This document shows, in pieces, positions 16,301 to 29,552 of a DNA stretch of 64,000 nucleotides. The notes beneath the pieces are model-generated. The model was not told the DNA's origin, made no database searches, and saw only the letters and a program-made list of their open reading frames with translations. Source of the DNA: Catajapyx aquilonaris. Taxonomy: Eukaryota. A program made the translations under genes and the position numbers. Location: the NCBI GenBank assembly GCA_000934665.2, contig KZ537975.1, forward strand, positions 62,001 through 126,000, written 5' to 3'. Within the stretch, counting starts at the first letter, position 1. Each line of letters opens with the position of its first letter.

Positions 16301-19300
16301 GCAAACGGTCTGAAAAGAAAGAGTTAGGACGATGCTAAAAGCGCCCGTATGAATCAATAATTCCGCTTCCTGAATGGGTTGCTTCTTATTGGAATTCAAT
16401 AAGGACCTCCCCAAAGATGGACGATCAATCCCTTAAGTCCACAAAGTCATCCTCAGATCAAGGGAAAATTCTTATCTCAAGAGATGATACCATATATTTA
16501 CGATCGGTTCGAGCGTATAATGACAGGGTTTTCCTAACAAGAAATTATCGAGTGCCAATTGAGTGGGTTTATTGTTAAATTGTGGAATGTATTAATTTAT
16601 ACCTGGATGGGACTGGAGAGGCCACAAGGACAAGTTTTCTCACCATTCCTTGCAGGGAAAAACTGTTATCGAGCTTGACACATCGCTATCGTCTGCCGTA
16701 AATTTCAACACTGACGCGTAAATAGAACCAGCAAATCATGACTATGTTTATGCAGATTATTGGATTGCGGTGTAAGTAATAGTCTTCAAGAAAAGTGTGA
16801 AAGCTTTTGCTGGTTTAACGCCCGGTTCTTGAAATCATGCGTCAGATATGGGGCCAAACTAAGTGATATATTATGGCCCACCTCACGCCATCTGAAAACA
16901 AAAAAGACGCCTCGCCATCTCTTGTCTCTCACGGCAACAAAACGCTTTAAAAGACGCTCGCGTTTTTTTCACACCCCCACCTGTCGTAACAAGAGCAGTA
17001 AAAGCAGAAGAAACGCGTGACATGATAGTTTGGAGGTCCACTGCTTATGAGTTACGGCCCTGTTCATGCAATCTATTCAGATAGTGTCTGTCTTTAATGT
17101 TTAATCACATTTCGACACAAATAGGGTTCAATAGTGTCCATATAGCCCTCCACATAGCCCACAGATAGGCCAAAATTCAACGATGTACCCAAACAAACAC
17201 ATACATAAATAAATAAATTTGTACACGATCCAGGTTTCTAGTTAGTCAGTAGCAATGAACCGGCACAAGTAATTATTTTTCAGGCCCTTGTTTTTTTAAA
17301 ATGAGGTTCACAAGGAATTCTTAGCAGTAAAACAAATAGAGGAGCGTGGCTGTCATCCTAACTCTCGGTTAAGATTGGTTTTTCTTTATGAGGCGGGGTT
17401 AAGAGAGCAGCACTCGTCTATTTTCCCCTGTTATGAGTTACGACGCTGGAAACAGCTTGGCCTTTAAAAAAAAATGTAATCAGCATAACTTCAATCATCT
17501 GGAGCAACGGTGTAACTTGGTTGGTTGTCAACAATGGACTTTTACGAGACCACACGGGATCGTGCAACAAAGTTTGAATTCGAAGCGTAAATTACGTTTT
17601 ACGCGTCGTTTTTTCTGCCGCGTACATTACGTTATTTTAAAAAAATGACGTTGTATCCGTCCCTTTTACAAACGGTGCCGATAATATAAATCGGCCGTCA
17701 TCATCCGGACAATTTTACAAGCCGTTTCATGACGAAAGCCTCTTAACAAGCGCCTTTCCCCTTTGAATTACTAACACCGTCGGAGCCAGAATCAATGTCC
17801 TTTTCAAGCTGTCCCCCTAATTATATAATCACGAGTGGCGATTCAATATTCGTGCCAAAATGCAAGGCTCCGGCCCTTTCTGGTCACATGGCACGCACAC
17901 ATATTTCACCAAATAACCCGTCGCCATGCAACATAAATGCCAGGCTTATGCTAATCTTCAGTCCATTGGCTCGTGTTGCAGGTAGTAGGGAAGGAAATGA
18001 ATAATTCGGCGGGGCTTCCACACCATTCATCACATGGCCAATCAGACTCACCGCCTGCCCCCTACCCTCCAGGTGAAAAAAAAAATAAAGATTGAGTTGA
18101 CATCGAGTCACCTGAGGGGTCACACAACGGGGAATCTTTAAAAAAATTCCGGTTTCAGATCCAGAATTCCGATAGAAACGGACACAGAATCAGTGGGCAA
18201 CCCCCTGCCCGTGTTTAATTGGCTGCTAATTGGACGCCTGACCTATGGGGATGCTGATTGGCTCGTGAATAAATTGAGATCAAGTGGCGGGAGCTGGCGG
18301 GGATAATCCTAACTAACGGTGCGATTAAGCGACATCTACACGAACGCGCCGGTTTTACACCATTTTGGCACCGTTGTTATCTTTTGAGTTAAGGAACACC
18401 CGGTTTCTTAATCCGGTCTAACCCCTCCAAGCTCGAGTCTATAAGGCGACAATGGTTGTTCCCATTCATAATCGAAGGGGGTCTGTTTAATACTCTTCTC
18501 CTCCGAACATGCAGCTGGAGGAATTCCGAGGCGTCTGGTAAGTTTCCCCAACTCGCATTCGATGTCTCCATATATCAGGGTTTCCTCCTAGCGTTGGACT
18601 ACTCCTCGGACTTGTTTATATGGCGCCCCAGCTTTGGTTTTGTAACACCAACTGCCCGTTTGGAGAAATATGCTGCAGGTACGATCGTAAATTGTGAACT
18701 ACCAGTACCGATCAGGTATGTGGACTCGGATTAAGCCAAAAAATTCGGCTATTTTTTGGTGGATGATGTGTGCATCGAAGCGAGAAAAGCTTTTCGTGGT
18801 CCGGACGGGATGTCTTCTGAGCGCCAGAAAAGGTGTCACATTTCACAATTAGAGTAGGTGCAATATCCTCTTGTGGTGTTGGGCCACAGTTTTGTTAACT
18901 GTGAGAGCGCGTCCCAGTGTTCCCCAAATCGAAGGTCAATTAGAAGGCGGCTGTTAATGGCCGATGCCCATTTGCCCCGCCACCGGAATGGCCGCCTGAG
19001 CTGGGCCCTTAGAAGGTAAGGAGTCACGAGTGAATTTCACACGCCATCGACCAAGTGTTTTCTTTTGCTCTTCTGCCTCCCTCATTCCCACCCCATTGGC
19101 CGGAGGAGGTGGTCTTCCTTCCTTCCTGCCTCCGCTTAGTGCTAACCATGGACCCAGACAGACACCCTTCCTTGTTATTCTTCCAATACCACTTAAGAAG
19201 GCTTCCGAAGAGTGATTATTGGGCTAGGTCTAGACCCCAGCACGTTCGAGACACAAATTCCATGCTTTTCTAGCAGGGGTTATTTTTACAGAGGCTGTCA

Positions 19301-19956
19301 GTGCAGGTTATTTAAAAAGATCCTGACAATCGACACTCATTATTTATAAACAATATGTACTGTACTCCAAAATACAAGATTACGTGAGCATAATGTGGGA
19401 TTCGCCTGTCCATGTGTTATATTATGCACTGTAACAACGCCTTACATCACACTTATGTCATGCAGCCATTCTTAGAAATCGGGATCAATAGATATAGACA
19501 CCTACCCACTGCTCATAAAACAGTTTGCTAGATCGCCCTAATATTGACAGATATTGTCAGCGGAGTATTGTACACTGCCATATTTGGAGACGTTTTGGGT
19601 GCTTGTCTCAGCTCTGATTGTTGCGATCTTTCAATGGGTCATTTCAAAAGCACATCTTCGCATTGCAAAAAAAAGAAACACTTTTCAATAACCTAAAGAA
19701 CTTGGCCTGATTGTCACTGGAGTACTGACAATAGGCGTACTAAAACAACACATGAGATGTGTTACATCAATGGCCATGTCCAAACTTATGCAATGTAACC
19801 ACGTGCGGGGGCCACCTTTCCTCTTTGGATGGTTCATTAAATAAAGACCTGTTGTGTGGGCTATTCCTGGTACTGGAAAAGCCAATAAGATTGCAATCAA
19901 TCCACAGCTGATGAGCCAGTGCTCAACAGCTCGTTAAACTTGGCAGTCGTTCCGAA

Positions 19957-21888
19957 ATGAATATTGTGGGAGCCTTAATTATTTTTCTATTGCATTTGCC
20001 CGGAGAATCTCAAATAATGATTGCAACACGTGCTGACTCTAATGTAGAGAGTGCCAGCAAATTTTTGTGGGAAATGCTGAGACACGAAGTGATCATGGGC
20101 AAGGAGTGTCCGGTAGTGTTCGCGCACGATGTAACCGGCCCTTTACCATCAGTTTTACAAACTCTGGTAGTGAACATGTCCGCAGTGGGGAGACCTGTTC
20201 TCGTGACCAACCCAATCAAGCAAAGCTACTGGAACTGCACTGCATCACCAGCCCCATCCAGTGACTATTCCATCCCAGAGGTTGATCCAAGGAGTAAGTC
20301 GCACCAGTGTTCCTTATATGTTGTGATCACATGCGAGGACAACTACGAGGACATGATGGACAATGTTCTGGACAAGGAGGAAGGTGTGGTAGCAGTCAAG
20401 AAAAGTAAAGGCAAGTTCGCCTTCTGGTTGAGAGATTCAGAAGAGACTGAGTTCCTATTGGATAAGCCAGCTTCTCAGATAAAGTGGAAAATGGCTATCT
20501 CTCCAACTGACAAAAACACTGTTTCACTGCAATCTGTTTGCTTTTATTGCCAGGATGGAGAACCAATCATTACATCAGTTGAACACGACTTCACATCTCC
20601 TCTTCCTGTTTGGAACATTTTAAAAGACACTACTATTAACTTGCATGGTAAACTCTTAAAAAGTGTTCATTTATATTCTGAACAGTCCAAACACTGCAAT
20701 CCTGCTAGTTATTTAGATCACATTTGTTATCTGGGAGAGGCACTTAATTTCAAGTGGGATGTGGAAGAAGCTGATCTTGTGGCCATAGCAAGCGATATGT
20801 CAAAAGGGCTTCAGCTGATGGAGGATTTGAAGAGAGGGATTTTGGCATTTATGCCGGAACTGCCTCAGGTTTACATGCTGTTTGGATTGTTGGACTTTGC
20901 AAATTTTCATCGAGGAACTACCACGCCATTCTTGACACGAAAGCCTCGACCTATCTTGAATCATGGCATTATAATTGCTCCTTACACTGTTTCTTCCTGG
21001 GCGCTTTTCATAGCTTTGCTTTTTATTTCTAGTGCATTTCTAGTGCTGGTTTCAAGATATGAGCTTCGCAATATGCCACCTCCATACTTTAGATCATTTT
21101 TTCCTGCTCTCAGGTACCTCTTGAGGGTATTTTTTGACCAGGTTCCCAGTATTACACCTAACGCGTCACCTTCTGGAATAGTTGCCGTGACATGGTTAAT
21201 ATTTCAATTAATTATTGGGACAGGTTACAAAAGTAAGCTGTTTGATCTCTTTACTGTCCCTTTGAAAGAAATAATACCGGACACCTATCTGGATTTGGTG
21301 GAATCGGACAATTTCAACTTGAGACTATTGGAGCGTTACTTTTATTTTATCAAAAACGGTGCTGACGAAGAAACACTTAAAACACACGAACGGTTTTTCA
21401 GAAAACTGCTCCTTGTAGAGAATAAAACGGAATGCTTTTATTTAATTTTTGAAGAAAATTCTGGTTGCGTAGATGACGAGTCTCTGCTAATATATCCAGC
21501 ATATTATGAACTGGATTTGGAATCTGTTGAAAATGTGGTGACATCTAGAGATTCAATGGCAAGTATTTATTATTCTGTGGCGTTGTCTAAAGAAAATATT
21601 TTGACAGACGCTTTCAGCTACTGGACGTATGCGTTCACTGCTTCGGGTCTGCATGTTCACAATTTAAGGTTGAACCAGTACCTGGAAACTTTAACTATTT
21701 CTCGCCGACATCCTCCAAGTCATGGCAATCGACTGGTGCAAAAATTTTCATTATTCACACTATCAACAATTTTTCTGATTTTTCTGACTGGAAGTGCGTT
21801 TTCTTGCGTTATCTTTCTCGCGGAAATAATCACGGCACATTTTCGACCTCTAAAGCAACCTAGGCGTATAACAACTTTTCTCAAATAA
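19957..21888 (+). CDS. Divergent ionotropic receptor (IR, variant iGluR family chemoreceptor), intronless, 643 aa
   Basis: Long single ORF with a signal-peptide-like N-terminus, NLHGK motif at the S1 start, PY..SW before M1, a pore-like segment ending DQ, M3 ending GTGYKSKLFDLFTVP (position of the iGluR SYTANL motif) and a C-terminal TM ending LAEI. This is the IR topology. Confidence 0.85.
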   Translation: MNIVGALIIFLLHLPGESQIMIATRADSNVESASKFLWEMLRHEVIMGKECPVVFAHDVTGPLPSVLQTLVVNMSAVGRPVLVTNPIKQSYWNCTASPAPSSDYSIPEVDPRSKSHQCSLYVVITCEDNYEDMMDNVLDKEEGVVAVKKSKGKFAFWLRDSEETEFLLDKPASQIKWKMAISPTDKNTVSLQSVCFYCQDGEPIITSVEHDFTSPLPVWNILKDTTINLHGKLLKSVHLYSEQSKHCNPASYLDHICYLGEALNFKWDVEEADLVAIASDMSKGLQLMEDLKRGILAFMPELPQVYMLFGLLDFANFHRGTTTPFLTRKPRPILNHGIIIAPYTVSSWALFIALLFISSAFLVLVSRYELRNMPPPYFRSFFPALRYLLRVFFDQVPSITPNASPSGIVAVTWLIFQLIIGTGYKSKLFDLFTVPLKEIIPDTYLDLVESDNFNLRLLERYFYFIKNGADEETLKTHERFFRKLLLVENKTECFYLIFEENSGCVDDESLLIYPAYYELDLESVENVVTSRDSMASIYYSVALSKENILTDAFSYWTYAFTASGLHVHNLRLNQYLETLTISRRHPPSHGNRLVQKFSLFTLSTIFLIFLTGSAFSCVIFLAEIITAHFRPLKQPRRITTFLK

Positions 21889-22529
21889 TGGATGTTAACC
21901 AACAGCTGTATAGTATGGTTATAGTCCATATTGCAGGTGAGTTTTATTTAAATTTTCCGATGTATTATGCAGTTTGAATCTACAAGTGCCATATTACTAT
22001 TATCAGAATTATTTTTTCATTCATTATTGCACACAGCACCGATGGAAAGATCAATAAAATTCTTACGTTGTGTACCCATACAGACATGACTCCTACACAA
22101 AGCAAATTGTTGAACAAGTTTAGCAATAAACCACTCAAGAAAACTGTTTCTCATTTTTCCCTGAATACAACTGACATAACAATGGATACCTCAACAACAG
22201 TGGATAGCCTGTACAGTATAAAAGAAACACATTTCTTCTAATTGATAAAACATCGTTAAATGTGCAAACACAGAAAACTATTGATTCACTAATTCCCCCC
22301 ATTCATTTTGGTGTGGTCAGTGACAAGAAGTGGCATATGTAATTTTGAGCGACGTTCAATTAATGCCGTCACGCACTCACATATGGCCTAATGACTTCAG
22401 GTCATATGAAAGCTAAAAATGCCACGAAGAATAATTTATCAATGCCAAGCTGATATAACATACATTGGCATGTGACATGCTAAACTGCCCACTACGACCC
22501 TGACCGTCACCTAGCCTTCTCTGCCCAAG

Positions 22530-24419
22530 ATGTTTCTCTTCCGGGCTACTATTTTGTTGAAGTTATCAATGCTAGCCACCATCGCATCACATCCGGCCCA
22601 TGATTTCTTGCTGAATATCTTGAGCGAAGATGTTGTCTTAGTTTGGGAATGTCCGATGATGTTGACCCACGACATTAGTGGTCCATTGCCAAGGTTTCTG
22701 CAGCAGTTGGTGGTTAGAATGTCATCCGTGGGAAGACCTGTTCTACTGTCACACCCGATCGCAGGCAGATTCTGGAACTGTACTCGATTTTCGTCACAAT
22801 CACCTGCTTTACCAGATTCCACTGTTGAAGACAGGTTCAGAAGGCACAAGTGCTCCTTTCAGCTAGTGATTTCCTGCGCTGACAACTACGAGGACATTAT
22901 GGAGATCATTTTAGAACCGGACAGAGGAGTGTCTTTTGCTGAGAAAGCAAAGGAGAGGTTTCTGCTTTGGATCAGAGATTCAACAGACCAAGCATTCCTT
23001 CTGGAGGAACCGGCGGAGAAAATCAAGTGGAAAGTGGCAATCTCCGCGTCTGAATCAAGTGAAGAGGAATTCACCTTGCACTCTGTGTGCTTCTTTTGCA
23101 ACAACGGTAATGCAACAATCATATCTGTCACTTTGAACTCCACGACTGAAATCCCATTAGGAACTTTGTTTGAAGACACTACTAAAGATCTCCATGGCAA
23201 GTTATTAATATCGAAACACCTAGCAGCCTCCAGCTACAAAGAGTGTCACTCTATTTACGCTGTCCTTCACATGTGCTTTTTAAAAGATGCCCTCAAATTT
23301 GAATTTATCATCGTCAAAGATGACCTTATATCGGCAGTAAAAGACATGGGAAAGGGGTTCGAACTGCTGAATGACTTGGACACGGGAGAGGTTGCACTTT
23401 TGCACGAAATTCCATATGTAGAAATGTTGTTTCCGCTGATGGATTTTGTGAATTATCACAAAGTCAGACGCATAACAGCAGTGGTCAGGAAACCTAAACC
23501 TCTTTTGACTCCTCGCATTTTGACGATGCCTTACTCCTGTCTGACCTGGGTTCTATTCTTGCTGACCACAATTTTATCTGCCGCATTTCTGTCCGTGATC
23601 TCTAAGTTTCAGGCAGGATTATGGCATAAGCATGAGTTTTTGCCAGTGTTCTCCGCACTGAAGTATTTAACCAGAGTGTCTTTAGAGCAGGTTCCCAACT
23701 TCACTAGGGCAACACCTACCGGTATGTTTGTTACAGCTTGGGCAATTTTCTCTGTCATTGTAGGGACGGGTTACAAGAGCAAGCTTTTCGATTTTATTAC
23801 TACACCTCCCAGAGAAAAGATTCCCAACAACATTCCAGAAATATTTGATTCCAAATTTAAAATTGTGATGATAAAAGATCACTACAATTTCATGGTCGGA
23901 TCTGACTTAAACTTCATGAAACAAGATCAGCTGACAACTAAGGTGAAACCTGCGGCATCTAAATCAGAGTGTGTCATTTCTATTTACTCTGGTGATAACG
24001 TTTGCGTAGTTGATGAGACCTTTACAATGTACCCTGCAGATGACGGCCTCACATTGGAACAAGTTCTAAATGCAGACACGATTTCCGATTCATTTTTTGT
24101 CATCAGCTTTTCCGTAATATTTTCAAAAGATAATGTGCTGACAGAGTCGTTCAGACATTGGATCCAAGTGTACAATTCCCTTGGCCTGGATATCAGGCAA
24201 ACCAGCTTAGTCAAATACCAGCAACTGCTACCGCTGCGTGATAGTATAGCAAAATATAATGAACACGAGGCATTGAAACTGACGCTCAAACAGTTCGAAG
24301 TGTCGTACATGATTTATCTTTTTGGGATTCTCTTCTCCACTGCAGTCTTCATTATCGAAATTGCAATCTTCCGTAATCATTATGATAACACTAGTCTACA
24401 AATGTTTTGGCTCATTTAG
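22530..24419 (+). CDS. Divergent ionotropic receptor, intronless tandem paralogue, 629 aa
   Basis: Colinear with the upstream ORF (ECP..HD..GPLP..LQ.LVV.MS.VGRPVL, DNYED, IKWK.AIS, SVCF.C, DTT..LHGKLL, RKP.P, GTGYKSKLFD) with the same three-TM plus pore layout. Confidence 0.85.
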   Translation: MFLFRATILLKLSMLATIASHPAHDFLLNILSEDVVLVWECPMMLTHDISGPLPRFLQQLVVRMSSVGRPVLLSHPIAGRFWNCTRFSSQSPALPDSTVEDRFRRHKCSFQLVISCADNYEDIMEIILEPDRGVSFAEKAKERFLLWIRDSTDQAFLLEEPAEKIKWKVAISASESSEEEFTLHSVCFFCNNGNATIISVTLNSTTEIPLGTLFEDTTKDLHGKLLISKHLAASSYKECHSIYAVLHMCFLKDALKFEFIIVKDDLISAVKDMGKGFELLNDLDTGEVALLHEIPYVEMLFPLMDFVNYHKVRRITAVVRKPKPLLTPRILTMPYSCLTWVLFLLTTILSAAFLSVISKFQAGLWHKHEFLPVFSALKYLTRVSLEQVPNFTRATPTGMFVTAWAIFSVIVGTGYKSKLFDFITTPPREKIPNNIPEIFDSKFKIVMIKDHYNFMVGSDLNFMKQDQLTTKVKPAASKSECVISIYSGDNVCVVDETFTMYPADDGLTLEQVLNADTISDSFFVISFSVIFSKDNVLTESFRHWIQVYNSLGLDIRQTSLVKYQQLLPLRDSIAKYNEHEALKLTLKQFEVSYMIYLFGILFSTAVFIIEIAIFRNHYDNTSLQMFWLI

Positions 24420-24432
24420 CTGTTTCTAATGC

Positions 24433-24693
24433 ATTCACATGCGCTGATTCCGAATATGAAGTCAGAAAGTGTCCATCACCCTCCATTTTTTAAACAGCCA
24501 TACCTTATTTTGCGGAAAGTGCACTGCACAATATGACTCATATGACTAACATAATTATGGTCAACAATGGTTTTGTTAATTGTGCCATTTTCACTTTTGA
24601 CCATGTATTCGTATGCGCCGATTCGGAATATGAAGTCAAAATTTCAATATCGGCATCCATTTTCTTGTAACAAGCGCACTTATACCTTGTTTT
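24433..24693 (+). repeat. Diverged direct repeat of about 80 bp downstream of IR2
   Basis: ATGCGC(T/C)GATTC(C/G)GAATATGAAGTCA...TCCATTTT...ATACCTT(A/G)TTTT occurs at about 24433-24510 and 24606-24693. Confidence 0.7.
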
Positions 24694-27600
24694 CTAGAAT
24701 TACTGAGCATCGCACATTCATGTTGGGCCAAAAAAGTTCAATTTTGTTCCCTAGTGTAATAGGCATTCATTTCTGGTATGACAAAGTCCTTACGGATGCT
24801 ATATGTACTGCACATCGAACATGCAAAACTGACGTCCATTGCAATGGTAAATATTCTTTGTAGTCAAATGTATTAACAAAGTTAAGTGTCATAGGAACAG
24901 AAATATTACAGTTTATCAGTGTGCTAATATATTAAGATATCTTGCAACATATTGTTAAAATTACTGTCCCGACGAATTAATTGTTTATCATTAAGCATTC
25001 ATTTTAAGCATGCAATTGACTACATTTTAGTTGATTCCTCAAAAATGAGAAATATTACGTCTGTACATTTCACATCATAAGCTGTATGCATGGCAGGAGG
25101 AACAAGTTGTACAATCAGTTTGCATAATTATATGGTCTCAACTGAACGGATATATTTTCCCATTAAAATGTAATGATTTAAGTTAATGTGTAAAATGGTG
25201 TCATCTACATACGTCTATAATGTAACAAAATACAATGATATCCAAATAAAAATTTCATATTCAGGAACCCCGCCATGACATGCTGTCCTTTCAACTGATT
25301 GATTTCTGGGCATTCATTGCGTCTGAACGTCATGAAAGTAAGTTACGTGCATATCCCTACAATTAATATTGCACACGGCTGAATATACAGAACATGTCGA
25401 TTTCACCTATAGAGTAGGCTTTATCATTTTGCCAAAGACACGACTTGGTTAGCGCTTATGGATAATTTGTTATTTACCCGAATATGCAACGTTGGCTTCC
25501 GTGCCAAGAACACGTGATAAAGCTTTTCCGCCCCCTCCACTCCCCATCACAATATACTGCAGTCAGATCATTATGCAACATTAATTAACGAGCTAGTAGG
25601 CCTATGTGTCATATTGCCGCAGCCCCGGCCTAAACTATAGCACTAGGCCACGGACGTTGTCTCAGAGCAATTATCGACCACTGAACCTTACCAACTTATT
25701 AATTTTTAGTACCGTACTGTCTTAATATTCTGCACGTAATCCAGCCTAAAATTAAATCAATATTTTACGCAGGTGATAAAATAATTTTTGTAAAAATGTG
25801 CGGCCAATTATTCTACAAGAGCATCTGTCAGAGCCCAATAGTCCTAACACCTGAATTATTTGTCTTATTGTTTTTTGTACCTTCCGATGCTTCCCGCCGA
25901 GACCGAAACCTCCTGGAGATTCTCCTGAAAGTTAGACCCGAAAAAAATGTATCCCAAAAACCTGGTTTGAAATATGTGCTTGTGCGTGACTGGGATCTCG
26001 GCCGGTGTGTCTTCAGAGGACGGTTTGTCTCTTAGATGAGCTCATTTTCATCCTTACCTCTTCCGATCTGATCTGGGCAAAAGATTTTGGCACGAACTAA
26101 CACTTGATTCATGTTCTTCGCGCCGCCTACATAATAATTTAATTAAGGGACATAACTTACATCCAAGCTGGTGGGGTCCGTGAGAGATGGCGACGTGGAC
26201 ATTTCGAGAAATAAATCGCCGCTATGATTCTTCTTTCAGGGTTGCAGCAGGGGGGGTCCGTGACTATTGTGCTCAAATGTGAAGCCTTAATATGATTGTT
26301 GCGTGATTAATGCCGTACAGTGTACTGCAGGCCACTGGAGTAAGTGTACGTACTGAATCATCTCACCCTCTCCGAAATCCAAACCTGTCAGATTTAAACG
26401 CTGAATTTGAACATCGTACCCCCACAAAAGTCTTATGCCATCAGAAAATTCCTCCGTGAGTTATAACCGCCTCCAAAACGTTTGTAATTTCAGCCTCAAC
26501 TCAGTACGAGACGTAAGCAATAAGTCATGTTGCCCCCAACAATATTTATACCCGTAGAAGTGACCGCAGGTGCCGCAAACCCCATATAAAAGTTGGGCAT
26601 TATTGCCCTCCAACAATCAATGGGTGCCGTCCCGCATTAACTTGTAGCGAACACGGCCCATAACACGAGCAGATGGAGGCAACAAAACAAGGTGAGAAGT
26701 GTAGGAGACAGCCAGGACCCAACCACAAGAGGATTCCATGTCTATAAATTCATTCGAGATACGTCATATTTTTTGCTGATAATACCAGTTGGGGGAAACC
26801 CTAGCTGCAGCATCTGCATGTCAACAGAATTCATATCAGACAGTAATAGCATTCGTATTTTACTCTAGGAAAGAAGGAGGGGGTCAAACCACACTGCCAA
26901 GCACGGTCGCTGGTGACATACGCTAAAGGATTTTCTTATTACACAACTCGTAAAAGCAACGGGGGAAGAAATCATAAACCCCCCCCCCACCTCCTCCCCT
27001 CTCCTTTTCTCTTTGTTTATAGCGAAAGTAACATTAAACCCTCTCATAGAGGGGACAATAAACTTTCCTCATGGGGGAAGCTCTTAATGCACAAGCTCCT
27101 GGTCCGCCAGTTGATAGTGTACTGGAAACAACCTAAACTTAAAGCAATGGACAGGGTTCGGAGGTCGTGAAAAGCAGCGTGTATTTGAAACGAGGCTTCC
27201 ATATCTCTAAGCACCGTTGCGGGTACAAGGGCCCACAAAGGGCTTTGTTCAATTTCGATTAATTTTTGTCCCTGGTCCGAGAGAAGAAACGTCAGTGTGC
27301 AAGGAGCATAACGGAGAGGCACGAGTCGTTGCAATCATCTGGTGTTTGCTTTGCAGTCCAAAATGGCCCCAGGGATGAGGGGGCTCACTCACTCCCGTCA
27401 CTACAGGAGGTGTGCAAATTATCTCTTTAATATTTAATATCCTTCTGCCACCCCCTCTGACTTGCAAGCCCATCTTTATGACTCCACCGAATCACTATAT
27501 CGATTCCACTACCATTAATTTCAACCAAAACCGGGCCTATGTCCTGCCAACCAATCATTTAATTATTTAGGCCTCGGTAGGGAGGGTTCGGATCAACTTT

Positions 27601-29307
27601 GCATAAGGAACATTGTTGGGAATTTTTTTTTACCGCGTGACAATAAGCGTCGATTGACAGAAGGAAGAGGCTAATGGCGTTTAGGTGGCAGCAAGGACGA
27701 GGCGCTCAGCTTGCGGGACATCCGGATGTCATCAGATAAAAGGGCAAAAACGGGGGTCCAAAATTGGGTCCACCTTGGCAGCAAGGCACGAAGCAGATCG
27801 TGATTACGACCGTTGCCATAGAAAATTAGAGCTCCGTGTAGCCGTATGACAACATATTTCCCAGCAAATTGGTCTGGAGGGAAGTGCAAGTACTAATAAT
27901 GCAATAATGTCCCTTAGACTGTCCTTGATATATATTTTTCGCGTTTGATGGCCGGACTGTGTCGGGATTTAATGTGAATTCCGACATGAAAAAGAGAGGA
28001 TCTGGGGATCTGCTATCGTCTAATCAGCGCACGATTTGGGTTGCTCTGCTTATATATGGTTTCCTCGGACACATGTGACAATGTGCCGCTCTACATATCC
28101 ACATATTGTGCGGGGGATGATGTCACGATGTTATTCACGTGGGCGGTTATAAATAATTCGCAAAACTGGCACACTGCGACGAGCTCGGATTTTATTTTCC
28201 TCTTAGAAAAATCTGCATCATTTTCCAAATTTCATTATCGGCTTTTTTTAAATGCCCTTTTCCTGTAGTTGTCAATTTTTATCGCCCCGTCGATGATAAG
28301 AAAGTGACGTGCAAATATGCTTATCACTCACATCGGATAATCATTGGCCGCAGTTTATGTAGTCAGCAGATAGCCCGTGACCGACTTTTGAGCGAAAATT
28401 AGCCAATTTCTTGCCAATCACGAGTGAATCAGGGCGCTATTAGATCCATGTCAATAGAGGGACAGTGTGAGAAAGGGTCATAAGTGCAGTAATTTAACAA
28501 GTAGCCTATGGAATTTTATTATGATTTGTGGTGTATTTCTGCACCGGTACTGTCTTTTGATTTGGCACGTTGCCCTGGTGATTTTTTTTTGTACATCAAA
28601 TTTTTTGAAATCGCATTGTGTTGTCTACTCCACATGAATTCATTTCAAAGCTGATGATATGCAAGTTGACACGCGCCTTGTACATAATTATGTCCATGAA
28701 AGCAGTGGAATGAGGCCATCCGACAATTGGCAATAGTCGGAGTAGTGGTAATAAGGCTGAGCTTGCACGAGCCTGCTCCCAAACTAGGTTCCATTACAAC
28801 GCGGAAACCGCCTTCACTTGTGTCAGCTCTCTCAAAGCCTCATCCCCATGATGCCAATTTCCGTTTTGGAACAAGTCCCTGCCTTCCCCCGCCAGCATTG
28901 CGTTACTTGTTTACACTTCATGCACCGCCACGGCTTCGTGCATCAGGAGAAAAGGTAGATGGAAGGTGAGGGGTAGAGTGGAGGGGGACAGAAACCCCCC
29001 CGACCAACCAACCCCTGACGTAATGGAGGGCTCTTCCGACGAGGAAGTGGAATCCACCATGGATGAATTGTGTAGTGCGTATTGTAACCTGCACTTGAGC
29101 ACCACTATTGTTTGAGCCCATCTCCAAAATTGAACCCCGTAAGTAAACAAAAACGAGCAGAACCATCGAAAAATCCACTGAATTATTTTCTACATATTTG
29201 AATTTTTTAAAATAATTTAAGTACGATCATGTGGGAATAAATTGTTAAGCAGAAATTAAAATTTCCTGCTCATTGGTATAGTGCTGAGAATTTTCTGAAC
29301 AAACATA

Positions 29308-29480
29308 CCGTCAAACGGGGTGAGATTGTGCCAGCGCATTTTTCGCGACAACACTGCAAATCTTACTCATCATGGTGCCAACCTTGACCATCCCTCAATG
29401 TAGTGAAACAAGCCTAAATTCGATAGTTTACGCCACTGTTGTCCAAAAATGTGCTGGCACAATCTCACCCCGTTTAACGG
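29308..29480. mobile_element. Tc1/mariner (pogo-like) MITE, 173 bp
   Basis: TIR CCGT(C/T)AAACGGGGTGAGATTGTGCCAGC(G/A)CATTTTT, extending imperfectly to about 50 bp, flanked by TA on both sides (29306-29307 and 29481-29482). Confidence 0.85.
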
Positions 29481-29526
29481 TATTACAGAATTGAAAAATT
29501 AGTCTTGGGGCTTAAATAAGTGGGGG

Positions 29527-29552
29527 NNNNNNNNNNNNNNNNNNNNNNNNNN
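29527..29552. other. Assembly gap (26 N)
   Basis: Run of n. Confidence 1.

Noticed and set aside
19905..19945. CTGATGAG upstream of IR1 as a hammerhead ribozyme core
   Set aside because: No correctly placed GAAA and no stems I and III.
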